Assembly (NCBI RefSeq): GCF_037042905.1
Contig: NC_087246.1
Coordinates: 10,046,001 to 10,110,000, forward strand
Length of the DNA: 64,000 bases
Direction: 5' to 3'
Source of the DNA: Lytechinus pictus
Taxonomy: Eukaryota
Shown: positions 50,933-64,000 of the stretch, one piece after another
How the letters are laid out: each line of letters opens with the position of its first letter
Numbering within the stretch: position 1 is the first letter of the stretch
The notes under the pieces: model-generated
The model's input: only the letters and a program-made list of their open reading frames with translations
Databases searched by the model: none
Told to the model about the DNA's origin: nothing
Translations under genes and position numbers: made by a program

Positions 50933-52010
50933 AAAAATGTGTTTCCAGTGTTAATATGAACTTTAATTAGGTACTGTTGTTTAAGTCTACACTGAATATA
51001 TTGCTTAAATTAAATGAAACATATACATAACAATCATTCATTTGATTTTACTTGTCTTTAGAATGTAAAAAGCAACATAGAAGATGTAGATGCCATAGAT
51101 GTAGATATAAAGATGTAGATGTAGCAGATGTAGTAGAAGTGGAAGGGCAATTGTAGAAGTACTATTATGCCAGCTTGTTTAAATCCATATTATATTCAGC
51201 ATGAAATTAGACAAAAATAAATCAGCTCTATCATTACACATTTTTCTTTAAAAGAGCATGTATACATGTACATGTGATGTAACATCCTTTCGGTGTGCGA
51301 ATGGAGGCCAGAATGCCAGACATCTGCATTTATTATACATGTCATAGAGCAGAATAAATAAATGAAGAATTTGACAAGGGATCGTGACGATGGGTCGAAG
51401 AAGGAAAAAAAATCAATTTCGGCACAAACACCTCTATGGTGCTCTTGCTCAATGGGTGCCCTGATGGGGCAAAGCTTCACTTGAAATTTTCTGCAAGTTT
51501 TATATGTGAGACTTTGTCTTGCCTGTCCAAATGAATTTCAGAATTTTAATTTATTTTTAGCACATAATGTATTATTTTCATATGTCTTAATACTTCCAGT
51601 TGCACATTTGTTACAGCCTGGGTGATGGGGGTAGGGCCCTGGGGGTTAATGAAATTTAAAAATCCCGGGCCACTGCAAGAAATATCGCTTAAGGCATATT
51701 ATGGAGAGCAGATTTGCATTTTGCAACGGCCAGACAGACCATCCAATCACCCAACAAACTATAGGCCTATATACATGTAATAGTGATTGCTAAGTATCCA
51801 CTTCGAACTTTGTTTGATGGGTGTATAAAATCTAGGGGCACTTGGTGATTTTACACATTCACATTTCTATTCAAGTATGAATATGCAAGTGACAAGGTAT
51901 CTACTAACCAGGGTGAATAAGTCTTTGGGTTTTATCATCATCATGAACAAATCGATTTGTGCTGATGCTTTTTTTTGTATTTCAACCACTTCAGAGTAGC
52001 ATGTAAACAT

Positions 52011-52792
52011 ACAAGTGGAATGCCTCTGGCGGTCTCACCTGCATCACGCGATTCAATATAGCAGCAGTGCTGATTTTGAAAACTACTATTCATATAATGA
52101 TACAATACTACGTTCATTGACATTCGACCTTGTTCAAAGATACTTGATTACTCTTATGTCCAAGTTCATAAATCAGATCCATAAACTTTCAAAGTTATGA
52201 AGGTAATTCAACAGATACCCCCCCCCCCCAACATGGCCAAAGTTCATTGACCTTTGACCTTGGTCATGTGACCTGAAACTTGCACAAGATGTTCAGTGAT
52301 ACTTGGTTACTCTTATGTCCAAGTTTTATGAACTAGACCAATATACTTTCAAAGTTATGATGGTAATTCAACAAATACCCCCAATTTGGCCAAAGTTCAT
52401 TGACCCTAAATGACCTTTGACCTTAATCATGTGACCTGAAACTTGCACAGGATGTTCAGTGATACTTGATTACTATTATGTCCCAGTTTCATGAATCAGA
52501 TCCATAAACGTTAAAAGTTATGATGGTAATTCAACAGATACCCCCAGTTTGGCCAAAATTCATTGACCCTAAATGACCTTTTTCCTTGGTCATGTGACGT
52601 GAAACTCATGCAGGATGTTTAATAATACTTGATTAACCTTATGTCCAAGTTTCATGAACTAGGTCCATATATTTTCTAAGTTATGATGACATTTCAAAAA
52701 CTTAACCTTAGGTTAAGATTTTGATGTTGATTCCCCCAACATGGTCTAAGTTCATTGACCCTAAATGACCTTTGACCTTGGTCATGTGACCT
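52011..52792 (-). mobile_element. HINE-like element, truncated at the right
   Basis: acaagtggaatgcctctggcggtctcacctgcat end plus about 5-6 tandem ~120-bp units. Confidence 0.8.
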
Positions 52793-53041
52793 ATAAAAAG
52801 AAACAATTTCATGATATCTTAGTTTTGCTGTTTTAAGCCCATCATGGCTCTGGGAAACGGGGGTGCTGAAGCACACCCAAGATTTAGCTGTGATGCTGCG
52901 TATTATTCCCCATAGGTAGCACCCCCTGGAAATCTGGTTTGTATGCTAAAAGCTTTTTTCTTTTTTTCTTCTTGCTTGTCAAATTTTTCCTGGAACAAAA
53001 AACACCTTCACTTTGTATCAAAACCCCAAATTACCTTCATT

Positions 53042-53315
53042 AGGTGGTTTAAAATCACCTTGATCACATGAATCCCTGTTAAATTATGTGAACTTTTTCA
53101 GGCTAAAAAATACCTGATATTTATTCATGCATTCCCATCGCTCCAAAACATACCTTTCAAGAAAGTTCTCAAAGTTACAAGCATGCGCAGTATGATCTGA
53201 TAAGCAGGCAAGGTGCGAGATTCAAAATCGCTAGCTCAGCAGCCTCCTACAGCGCCCACGTGCAACGACAAGCTGGGCTAAGAGAGTTCCTGTACGTTGC
53301 TTTACACTGCCAAAT
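53042..53315. mobile_element. Partial copy of the 13893 MITE
   Basis: aggtggtttaaaatcacc...gcatgcgcagtatgatctgataagcag shared with 13893-14170. Confidence 0.75.
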
Positions 53316-54484
53316 CTATCATGAAAATCAGGCGTATGATTAATCACTAATCTTTGCTTATGGGCCCTTGTTTTTACTCTTTAAGCTCACTGGTTAAAAC
53401 AAACAAACAAACAAAAAATGTTTTCATTATTTTTTTTTAACCTTTCCAAAACTGTAGATCCAGGCACTTTGACATTACCAGGTCAATAAAAGAAGTTTCA
53501 TTGGAATCTCCGAGGACATTTCAAAGTTTATTGACATTGTAAATGGATGAAAGAAGATACTCATAAATGAGATGACTTTGCGGTATAAACTAACGATTAA
53601 TTGTCCTTCTGTGCACTGACATGTGATAACAGCGTACAATGGGATAATGCAGAGGTTTTAAATCATATGTACTTGAATGTATATACTTGCTTTTCATTGT
53701 CGATCTTGAACATGATAGGCAGTCAAAGCTATGCCTACTTTCATCTTTTGAGAAAAATATTGGCTGAGATATCACAGAATGCTTCACAAGCACATATTCA
53801 AAGCATAAAATCAGGATTGTGAGAACATTTCACTAAAGGTGAATAATATGAACATGATTAAAATCATCCAATTTTCATGCACTATTGCTGCCAATCAGAA
53901 CAGTTATAAAGTAGGCCTTGTACTGTTTTGAAAAATAAAGATTACAAGTAGGCCTTGTGATACTTATTTTTCAAAGAGTAAACAGCAAGAATCCTTTCAC
54001 CATTATGATCTTGAAAAGAAGTACCTTTTGGCCTAAATTATAGCCTCAGCCAGTAAGCTCCATCTTATTTTTGTTCTTCTGAAGTGGGAATATGTATTGT
54101 AGTTTCACACAGGTGTACCAGGGAGTTCATCCAGGATGGTTCATTGGTAAATTTTTTAGACAAAAAATCCAGGTGTATTTTACCAGAATTTTAACTGCAA
54201 GACTACAGTATTCAAGCTCAAAGATCACCTGGTTGCACCAGCATGACCATATACTACCCATCAGAGCCTAATGAAATTAAAACCATTAGAACAAAATGTA
54301 CAAAATAATAATAATCTGACAATGCAATACAATGTTTCCAGATTGATTGATTAGTATGATCGATCACACAGTTGATCAATACAATTCATCATAAAATCAC
54401 CTTGTGATACAGGCACAGATTATCTAGGACCTAATGGTCAGTTACTTGTGAATATTTTTAGACGTGGTAATTTTCCAATTCCAG

Positions 54485-54546
54485 GTGGGAGTTTCATAAA
54501 GCTGTCTGTACGTTACGAGCGACTTTACGTAATATGAAACGGCCCC
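54485..54546. mobile_element. Internally deleted relative of the 4144 MITE
   Basis: ccag-gtgggagtttcataaagctg...tatgaaacggccc-cctgg. Confidence 0.55.
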
Positions 54547-55898
54547 CTGGCCATGTCAATGCATGTACAACAACGTGTTTACAGACAGATATGACACCTT
54601 AGTCCTTGTAGATATCCTCTGATACAGTTTCAACAACAATAACAAGGTTCAGACTCTTTTCTTCAAATACATAAAACATGCTTAGTACCATGTGCAATTT
54701 TTAGCACCAATGGAACACCTGACACCAACTCCTGACCATCGCTGACCAGCTAGCTACCAGTAGAACTTCTGGTTTGTTCAGACGATATGGAAATCTTATT
54801 AAACCGGTATAAGGCATTGTAAAAAGTCATGGTGTTATTGGCCAAAACTGTCTTGCAAGCTTCAAAAAATAAACAGTACCTTTGGTTTTATCCTTAAAAT
54901 AATTATAGTGAAAATTCACAACACTTTTTTGCCATGTACATGTAGGTCTACATTTGTACTGCTAGATATGGAAGTAAAAATTAAGTCATGAATATGAATT
55001 TATGATGAAAAATATGATAGACTTGATAAGGTGATATAAGTATTGAAAGTACTATGGATGAACAAATATTGAACAATAAAACAGTTTTGAAGAATTGAAG
55101 AAATACATACATGTATATAGGTTAGCCAATCATAAGTGCACAGCACAAATAACTTGTGAACATAAAAAGTGCAACCAATTCTAATGGATAGCCTACAAGC
55201 CATTAATAATACAATGGACCCTGATACGTTATATGAAATTACTACTATGTAAATAATACACAGAATTCATTTGTCTAAATGGGATTCATTGGGAAAGGTT
55301 GTTTTTCCTGTTCACATTTCATAACATGTGGGTAAAAGATCCGCCAAGGATACTGCACTCCGTCAAGGTATCATTCATGACTGAAAGTGTGATATGAAGA
55401 TATGACCAGCAGCCTGACCAGCAGCCTGACCAACAGCTTGACCACTCATGATCAAATACCAGTTCCTTTCCGGTTCAGAAGTGGTGGGTCCCAGATCAGT
55501 TGGTGTCTCGTGCCCGGAAAGAGATGACCGATCATAATCATCTGAATTTTTTTGTATCAGGAAATGATATTCAGCATTGCTTTTCAGCTTGCAACTGACC
55601 ACTCAGATGTCTTAACCTGTTGTGTTCAAATTTATTGAATTCTCACATATATATTGTACTGGAGAATCCAATTCTACTGGAAAACCTTTCACTGGATATA
55701 ATTTATATGATGCTCCATGCTTGATTGTTGTTTATATGTTTTCTAGGTAAGTGTAGTAATACATTTTTTCCTTAAAACGAAACACAAGACTGAAGTTAGG
55801 ATTAATCAGTTAAATAAAATAATTTACATCTTGAGGTGTTTCACAAAAATGATGCTCAAGCTATGATATTATTGAAATACTTAGGATTGTAAATATTT

Positions 55899-55922
55899 TT
55901 CTTTTGTTTCTTTTATACACAG
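55899..55922 (+). promoter_or_regulatory. Putative splice acceptor of the GPCR2 coding exon
   Basis: Polypyrimidine tract ttcttttgtttcttttatacacAG, 11 nt before the ATG at 55934. Confidence 0.55.
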
Positions 55923-55933
55923 CAAAAGACATC

Positions 55934-57028
55934 ATGAACATCACTCATAACAGCAGTGTGGAAGTAGTTCCATTCCATGAGAGACTGGTGATGGCATGTT
56001 TCTACATCGTTGTAGCGACGTTTGGGACAGTTGGCAATGTGCTGGTCATCATAGCAATTTCATTCTCCAAGAAGCTCCAGAACCCGACCAATGCCTTTGT
56101 GCTAAGCCTTGGCTTTGCAGACCTGTTGGTGTCTACCATGCAGCCTCTTCAGGTGGTAGGCCTCTTGGCCAAAGATGGCTGGCCCCTGACGGATCAGGTA
56201 TGCGAGATGGCTGGATCAACCATCGTCATTTCCATAACAAGTAGCGTCATCACCCTTGCCATGATCTCTATAAACAGGCACTGCTTGATCACCAAGTCCC
56301 GCAAGGTCTACGTATCCATCTACCGAGGGCGCAACATCTTCACCATGGTTCTCATCTCCTGGCTTCTTCCAATTGCCATTCTTATCATCCCCCAAGCTGC
56401 TGGATACGGTAAACTCGGATATGACAAGTTCACCCATCTCTGTGCTTGGGACTTTGCACATCCACTCGCAAAATTCTATCAGATCATAGCAGCCATGATT
56501 GGAGTCTTCTCCTACTCGATCATCTTGGTCTGTTACTCTCTCATATATCTTCATCTCAAGAGGCACTCCTTGTCCTTGCAGCGTCATTCCAGTAACCTCT
56601 CTACAAATCGCATTGACAGCAAGGTTAAGGTCAACATCAAGATCACAAAGAACCTTTTCTACATCGTCTGCGTCTACATGGTTTGCGTGGTGCCCTACAG
56701 TATCTGTCTCATAGCAATATCTGAAACCAACAGTCTGGCTCGTCATGCCTCTCTGTACCTTGCTCTTATCCTGGTGATGAACAGTTGTGCCAATGTCATC
56801 ATCTATGGATTAAAGCATCCGCATTTTCAAATTGTCTTCAAGTGCATCATCACTTGCAATTTGAGCAAGATACCTAAGCCATCTGCATTCCTGAGATTTC
56901 TCTTGAACCAGAAGTCAGAATCTCACCTTGCACAATGTAATGGTGTACCATCTGATAAACCAGTCAACCTGACCAGTGACACTTGGCTATCACCTAACTC
57001 ATCCAAGAAGAAGAAACCTTTGTCATAG
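55934..57028 (+). CDS. Rhodopsin-class (class A) GPCR, 364 aa from the first ATG; paralog of the 20305 gene
   Basis: N-terminal sequons (NIT, NSS). Motifs GTVGN, LGFADLL, SINRH, CVVPY, NSCANVIIY and KHPHF. Shares PQAAGxGKLGxD and LCAWDFxHP with GPCR1. The ORF-track start at 55904 is a TTG inside the pyrimidine tract. Confidence 0.93.
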   Translation: MNITHNSSVEVVPFHERLVMACFYIVVATFGTVGNVLVIIAISFSKKLQNPTNAFVLSLGFADLLVSTMQPLQVVGLLAKDGWPLTDQVCEMAGSTIVISITSSVITLAMISINRHCLITKSRKVYVSIYRGRNIFTMVLISWLLPIAILIIPQAAGYGKLGYDKFTHLCAWDFAHPLAKFYQIIAAMIGVFSYSIILVCYSLIYLHLKRHSLSLQRHSSNLSTNRIDSKVKVNIKITKNLFYIVCVYMVCVVPYSICLIAISETNSLARHASLYLALILVMNSCANVIIYGLKHPHFQIVFKCIITCNLSKIPKPSAFLRFLLNQKSESHLAQCNGVPSDKPVNLTSDTWLSPNSSKKKKPLS

Positions 57029-58232
57029 CTTTCACCATCAATCACAGTGATGTTCAAACATTGTAGGCTGGAACCAATGAGTGTTCAAATATCCTTGGAG
57101 ACTGAAACCATTGACAGCTACCTAGTACTTTGTTCTACATTATAACTGTTCATAGCTTTTACCACTTGAATATCAAATCAGACTGAGGGGATGAAAAGAC
57201 ATACCTTGCAGAAGTCTCATGTGGTGAAAAACATTGAACATTTCTAAAGTGGTCTTGTGATAATTCAGAAAACAAAGTAAATGTTTGTAAATATATATAG
57301 TAAAAAAAATATTTATCAGATATTCCTTTTCGTAAATGTGATTACATATGGAACATATGAATGTCTTAGTCTTGTCAAATGGCCGCACTTAAACACAACT
57401 CCATGAGAAAAACAACTTTTTCTATATATTGGCTGTCATTTTCATTTGTTTCAAGTTACAGCTGTGATGAATTAGAAAGCAATTTCCAACATTTTGTGTC
57501 AAACTTTTCTTATACAGCTTTTTTTTTTTCACTTTAATAATTAATTATCTTTGTGGAAAAGCCCTAGTTTGCAATGCAATTACCATGACTACATCATTGA
57601 TGTCTCTCCACAACCTCTTAGACAAGACAGAAATAGAGGATGCGTGTAAATAATAAATGCCTAGCATGTTTTTATCTATGAAATTGCTTCCACTGATAAG
57701 GTAATTGTGATTAAAAGGTAAACTTATCAAAGCAGTCTTAGCTGTAAATCTATCATAGCATTTAGGAGTTAAGGCAAAAGTGCCATATCAACTTCTTTCA
57801 CCACCAAAACATGTTTACAATGTTTTGTATTTGATTTTTTTGTGTGTGTAAACAGGCTTTAATATAAGAAAAAAGGGTTTAATTTTGAGGTGGTAAAACT
57901 CAAACAGTACCTAAGTTTAAAAGAGAAATTTACATGTGCAGACGAGTAGACGTGTGAACAGACGTGGCTGCTACAACACTGAATGCAGTGGAATTCCCTT
58001 CCATTTTAAAATGTTTTATAAATTGGCTTTTCTGATAAAGAGCTGGGATTGGACAAGATGTTACTTGTGAAATAGTCAAATCAGCAATTTAAATATATTC
58101 TGGTTATTAGGCTTAACTTAAATATTTAATATTATTTTAAACCAAAAATAGAATACTTTCACACAGATAAATAATGTAAAAGTAAATAGATGCTAGCTAG
58201 TCACACACAAAATTGACAGTATCTAGGGCCAT

Positions 58233-58523
58233 ATAATAATAGTCAGTTCTTGTATAGCGCATAACACATTATAAATAACGTCTCTATGCACTTCCAAAGG
58301 ACTTGGATATTATTACCCTGGATTTAGCCCCGCAGCCTTTTACAGCGCTGTGGCATTTCAAGGAATAAATTCCTGCCAGGTACCCATTCACCTCACCTGG
58401 GTTGAATGCAGGACAAAGTGGATAAATTTCTTGCTGAAGGAAACTACGCCATGGCTGGGATTTGAACCCACAACCCTCTGTTTCAAAGTCCGAAGACTAA
58501 TCCACTGGGCCACAACGCTCCAC
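58233..58523 (-). mobile_element. tRNA-derived SINE (same head as 46470), minus strand
   Basis: The reverse complement begins gtggagcgttgtggcccagtggattagtc, has box B gggttcaaatcc, and ends in an (att)n-like tail. ataat occurs on both flanks. Confidence 0.85.
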
Positions 58524-59796
58524 ATAATATATACTAAGATAGCACAATTTCATTAAAGACAATGATAAAAAACATGATGAAAACCTGAATTTCCAGTAAA
58601 AAAATTTGTCATTAAAGCATTAATTATTTCTACTGCAGAAAATATAAATTTTATTATTTGGGAGAGCTAGCATGCACACATACAAAGTTGGACTAATGAA
58701 ATGATTTTAATAGCGGTTTCCACTACGATTGACCAAAATGTACACTCAAAAAGTCAAAAGTGCTGATTTGCTCATCTGCTAAGCGACACACAGCATGAAC
58801 AAAATAAATAGTGACTCTTCAAATATATTGACCATACTAGTATCTGCATGCTAATACTGAGTATTCTTAGTGTCAGTAACACTCAGATATTTTTTTACTG
58901 CTTTTCCATCATAAGTACATGGGAGTTTTGAAATACCTTGCCATCATTTCATGGTTGGCCCTTTCACCTATATAAAGGATTTGGTAATGCACAGGAAAAG
59001 ACATGTATAACTTTCCTGCGCACAGAAGAAAATGTCAGTCATTTTCCCTTTTGCTGCTAGATGTTAGCTAAGAATAGATTTGAATTTGGCAACAATGCTC
59101 CTGTTCCAGCCCCTGTTACTACTAGTTTCTTATATCATACATTGTTCACTCACATATATTAATTCTTCCGGTAGTGGTTCTAATGATTCATAGATCTCTT
59201 GAAGTTTAGACCATTTGTTGCCAAATTTATGGCAAATTTGCTTATTTCCCATGTTTTATACCAAAATGGAGAAAGTATTGCATCAAGTGACTCTGCTTGA
59301 ATCTTTGGTTCTTTTAATCAGATATGATTTACTTTATTTACATTGTATATAAACTTTTCTTTACAAATATGAAAAGAACATTAAATGTTTCTAATGTAAA
59401 CCAAGTTTTTCAGGTTTTTGTGTACCGGTCTGTGTAACAACAATGGTTGAATGAGTGTTGAAAGTCTTCTGGAAAAAAATGTGCAGTTTGCTTGAAGAAC
59501 TCTGTTTGAATTTCACACAGACGGTGTTAAAAACATGATTTCTGCAGGTCCCATGCATATAAATCACTGAGTCTATTTAAGTGCATAAATTAAAAAAATA
59601 AAAGGTCAAATAGTGAATATCTTTGTCTTTAATTTCACACTTGTTGCTATCGATTAGACCATGGCTTGCTTAAATATGGATGGGGGATTATTTCAATTTA
59701 TTGTATAAACCAAACAACATAACACGAAGATCAAATTTAGCACCCTCTGAAAAAAGTATCAATCCTCTATTGGACCACTCTCATTGTACCCATTAA

Positions 59797-59887
59797 CCCC
59801 TTGGAGACTGGATAATTTTGCTATGTAACACATGTTTTCTATAGACTCCAGCCCACATTGACTTTTGCAGACTTAGTATCCAATGGG
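59797..59887. mobile_element. 91-bp piggyBac-like MITE
   Basis: TTAA-ccccttggagact...agtatccaatggg-TTAA (11/13 TIR match; CCC/GGG termini). Confidence 0.7.
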
Positions 59888-60559
59888 TTAATAAACTAAG
59901 CAGCATGAAATGTTCATAGAGCATAGTTTGAATCAACAGGTTCACATAACCTTTGTGAATCTTGATCATAGAGACTTGAGTTTATATTCTACTACTTTTG
60001 TAATGAGATAACCAGTCTTTTAGATGCTTTCCCCAGATAAAAAACATATATGTTTACAGATCTATATTTTCAGTCTAGCAGACCAATCACATGGATGAAG
60101 AAAACAACCAAGCTTGTATTTCCTTTGTAATTTGTCAGAATTCATTTTAAGATACCTAAGTTTAAGATAACAAGGTTTCATTTTGTAACATGGAACAAAA
60201 AACAACAACAAAAACATTGGAAACAAGGGAAATAATCAATGATAACACTAACCAGAAATGAGTAGCATCTATGTCTTTCCAGTTCACGGGTTCAATATTA
60301 TCAGGACTGTTCACATTAGCATAAGTTTTCACATTCTACTATGTGATTGACCATAAGGCTGATTTTTAGAAATGATTGCAATATGCAATCATTTCTAATC
60401 TGGAATTGAAATTAATTGTATCGATCAACTGTACAATCAATTACGAAGCTTTGATACAAGACAACAGACAGTTAACTATTTTTAATAAGTTAAAATAATT
60501 CTTTTGATATTGAAGGTCAAAACCACCCCAACAAAACAAATTGGTTTTTTTGGTGGGGA

Positions 60560-60747
60560 TTTTTTTACCTGATTGCTAAGAAAGCATGAATGCTTGTAAG
60601 CAAGCAACCAGAGGACCGACGGCTTAAGGTCCTCTCCGAAGGACCTGGTAATGAGGATTAATGCCTTACCAAAGGGCACTAGCGCACCAAGTGTGAATCG
60701 AACCCGGGTCACCAGAATACGAATCCCCCGCTCTACCGACTGAGCTA
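60560..60747 (-). mobile_element. Second tRNA-derived SINE family, minus strand
   Basis: The reverse complement reads tagctcagtcggtagagcg (box A)...gggttcgattc (box B), followed by a non-tRNA body and an A-tail. Confidence 0.8.
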
Positions 60748-60755
60748 AAGAAAAG

Positions 60756-62337
60756 ACAAGTGGAGCGCCTCTGGCAGTCCCACCTGCATCGCGCGATTCA
60801 ATATAGCAGCAGTGCTGATTTTGAAAACTACTATAAAATAATTATTCACAAAAAACACCATTCATATAATGATACAATAATACGTTCATTGACAATAAAT
60901 GACATTTGACCTTGATCATGCGACCTACGACTTGTCAGTGATATTTGATTACCCCTATATCCACATTTTATAAACTATATCTACCGGAATAAACTTTGAG
61001 AGTTATGACAGCAATCTAATAATTACCTCCAAATTGGCCAAAGTTCAATGACCTTAAATGACCTTTGACTTTGGTCATGTGACCTGAAACTCGCACAGGA
61101 TGTTCAATGATACTTGATTACTCTTATGTCCAAGTTTCATGAATCAGATCCATATACTTTCAAAGTTATAATGGTAATTCAACAAATACCCCCAACATGG
61201 CCAAAGTTCATTGACCTTTGACCTTGGTCATGTGACCTGAAACTCGCACAGGATGTTCAATGATACTTGATTACTCTTATGTCCAGTTTCATGAATCAGA
61301 TCCATAAACTTTCAAAGTTATGATGGTAATTCAACAAATACCCCCAACTTGGCCAAAGTTTGTTGACCTTAAATGACCTTTGACCTTGATCATGTGACCT
61401 GAAACTCTCACAGGATGTTAAGTGATACTTGATTACTCTTATGTCAAATTTTCATGAATCAGATCCATAAACTTTTAAAGTTATGATGGTAATTCAACAG
61501 ATACCCGCAACTCGGCCAAAGTTCATTGACCCTAAATGACCTTTGGCCTTGGTTATGTGACTTGAAAGTTTAAGGCAGGTGTTCAGTAATACTTGATTAA
61601 TATGGCCAAGTCTCATGAACTAGGTCCATATACTTACTAATACCCCTTTCATAAACCCAATAAAACACAATTATGCGGCTAATAGCAGCATAATTTGGTC
61701 GTAAAATCAGAGGAGGACAAGAGTTATCCGCATTATTCTGATGCTGCTATTATCCGCATAATAGCGGCAGCGGGACAAGATTTTGAGTTTATGAACGTAT
61801 TTCCAAATAATGCGGATAATTGCCATGGTGCGGTCACAAGGTCACCCTTTTCCAACACAACCGCATTGGAGGGGGCGTGTCCAGTTGTCATGACGATTAT
61901 CCGCCTTTTTCAGGACAGGCGCTCATAAAAATAATTTATGGAGTTTGTGAACGCAATTTTTATTGAATTATCCGCATTACTCTTAGGCGGCTAATTGGAG
62001 GATATGTTTTATTGGGTTTATGAAAGGGGTATAAGTTATGATGACATTTCAAAAACTTAACCTTAGGTTCAGATTTTGATGTTGATTCCCCCAACATGGT
62101 CTAAGTTCATTGACCCTAAATGACCTTTGGCCTTGGTCATGTGACCCGAAACTTAGGCAGGATATTCAGTAATACTTGATTAACCTTATGGCCAAGTTTC
62201 ATGAACTAGGTCCATATACTTTCTAAGTTATGCTGTCATTTCAAACTTAACCTTCGGTTAAGATTTGGTGTTGACGCCGCCGCCGTCGGAAAAACGGCGC
62301 CGATACATGTAGTCTCACTCTGCTTCGCAGGTGAGAC
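60756..62337 (-). mobile_element. Full-length HINE-like element with ~120-bp central tandem repeats
   Basis: Subterminal gtcccacctgc (~60777) pairs with terminal gcaggtgagac (62327-62337). Terminal hairpin gtctcac...gtgagac. Adjacent A-run (TT target on the minus strand), no TSD. Confidence 0.8.
61641..62031. mobile_element. PIF/Harbinger-like MITE (tacccctttcataaacc), copy 2, nested in the HINE
   Basis: TAA TSD at 61638-61640 and 62032-62034. The empty site ctaagttatg is seen in other HINE units. Confidence 0.92.
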
Positions 62338-64000
62338 AAAAAATCAACTAAGCAAAATGGTGAGAATTTAAAGAAAAAATTGATATTTCAAAGTTTTATG
62401 AAAAACATTGATAACAAATGATAGAGTTAATGATGACACTCATTATTTCTTTTGTAATTTATTATATGAATTACAGACTATATCATTTATGTAAATTTAA
62501 CATTTAAGGAAACATCTTCATGAATCACAATAGCCCGAATTCACAAAGGTGGTTTTAAAAACCCACGGTTGAATCCATGGTTTATGCAGATTTTCCAGAA
62601 GGAATCAAACCTTGTTTCACATTGTTCATAATGAAGAATTTTTTCTTTTATATTTCATATAATAAAATACAGAAGAAATAGTGAGTGGGTGACATACGCC
62701 TTAACTTTCTTCTTTTTACATCTGATTTTGATAAAATTTTCAGCATTACATTTGATTTTTTTTCTTTTCATTTTAATCATCTTTATAATTTTGCCTTGGC
62801 CTTTAAAAAATTAATTCAATTATCAAAGTTTCGAACAGGGCAGATGCACTTTGTTATGGAAACCCTTCTGTACGAGGTAAGGGGTCAGAATATGGCTCCT
62901 TAAGGCCCTAACTGGGACAAGTGTGTGGAAGACCCCTCTTGCTAAGTTGAAATAACATTTTTTCCCCCTTGGCCTTATAACAGTAACCAGTCAGAATTTA
63001 CTTGTTGCAACAGCTTTTAAAACATAATTTCATAGCTTCTTTCATATTATTTAGACTTCTTTCCTTTTCTTTTCTTTCTCTTCTTATTTTTTATTTTTAT
63101 TTTTTAATGTTTCTATTTTTCTTTTGTTTCACATATTTTTTTCCTTTTCTTAATGTTTTCTTTCCTTTTCAGTTGTTTTTCTTATCTTTCCTTTAATTCT
63201 TTCTTTACAAGTTTTATTTTTGCTAGACTTGTTTCAAGACCCATTTGTTGATTAAACTTTCAATCAGGGACTGTGCCTGCAGACTAGGACCTAGCCTGTC
63301 AGTCAATCTGTAATCTGCAAACATAAACCCTGACTGAAACTTTTAATCAGCAAGTTGCTCTTGAGAAAAGCCTAGCACCAAAAAAAATTTATATAATTAT
63401 GTACAATTATTTATCGTTGGTTGGAAAAAAATGAACAATCATTGCTAGAAAGAGAGGGAAAGAGTTAGCACTGATCACTGTCATAATTAAAAGGTATATA
63501 AAAAAACTAGGGTTGTGCCGAAATACAAGTCACTGGTATGTACAATGTGTAATTTCAGACACTCGATAAATGAATCTACTACAAACTATAGAATAATACA
63601 ATATGATGTAAAATCGACATAAGAATTCACCTTTTCAGAGAGATTATTAAACTGACTCCATGAAATTCCTCAAAAATTTACTTTATTCTCATTAAATAAA
63701 CATTTTATCCACAAAGAATATATGAACAAACAAATAAAAACTCCTACAGCAAGATCAAGATTATGCTCACCATTATAGATAAATTTTCTTGCATTCAGGT
63801 CGTTCAAACTAATAAACAAATAATATTATATTTTTCATTTTGGTGTCTTGTTATGAGCACAAAGGACACTAATTATGTAAAAAGAAAATATCTAGTGCCA
63901 TTACAATAACAAACAGCAACACTTAACTCCTAGAGCAAGGCTAAGATTAGACTGATATCTTACCTCAATTTCCTTGCCACCCACACACAACGTGTGACCT

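Larger units (their letters stand above)
60514..62802. mobile_element. Old, degenerate family A-like MITE split by SINE, HINE and MITE insertions
   Basis: Left end (ttga)aggtcaaaaccaccccaacaaaa. The body resumes at 62338 (aaaaatcaactaagc...) and ends ggcct-TTAA. Confidence 0.6.

Noticed and set aside
56216..56746. 176-aa antisense ORF and other ORFs overlapping the GPCRs
   Set aside because: Shadow ORFs caused by codon bias of the real + strand CDS, with no recognisable motifs.

Overview
AT-rich eukaryotic genomic DNA, most likely from a marine invertebrate. The repeat types and GPCR type suggest a sea urchin, which is an inference rather than a database result. Only two credible protein-coding sequences are present. 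Both are paralogous single-coding-exon rhodopsin-class (class A) 7TM receptors on the + strand (20305-21486 and 55934-57028) with non-canonical activation motifs. The rest is dense in non-autonomous mobile DNA: TTAA-flanked Kolobok-like and piggyBac-like MITEs, TWA/CWG-flanked PIF/Harbinger-like MITEs, Helentron/DINE-like (HINE) elements with ~120-bp internal tandem repeats, tRNA-derived SINEs, a 6.4-kb foldback element with 15-bp modular terminal repeats, and a 6.3-kb satellite with a 5-monomer higher-order repeat. The most notable structures are multi-level nested insertions, a MITE inserted into its own family member, 21-23-bp palindromic inserts with 7-bp target duplications (candidate P-element excision footprints), TACATGTA footprints, and a possible HINE origin of the satellite. 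I found no transposase ORF, CRISPR array, rRNA, true tRNA or prokaryotic-type system. All superfamily assignments rest on terminal and TSD signatures read by eye.
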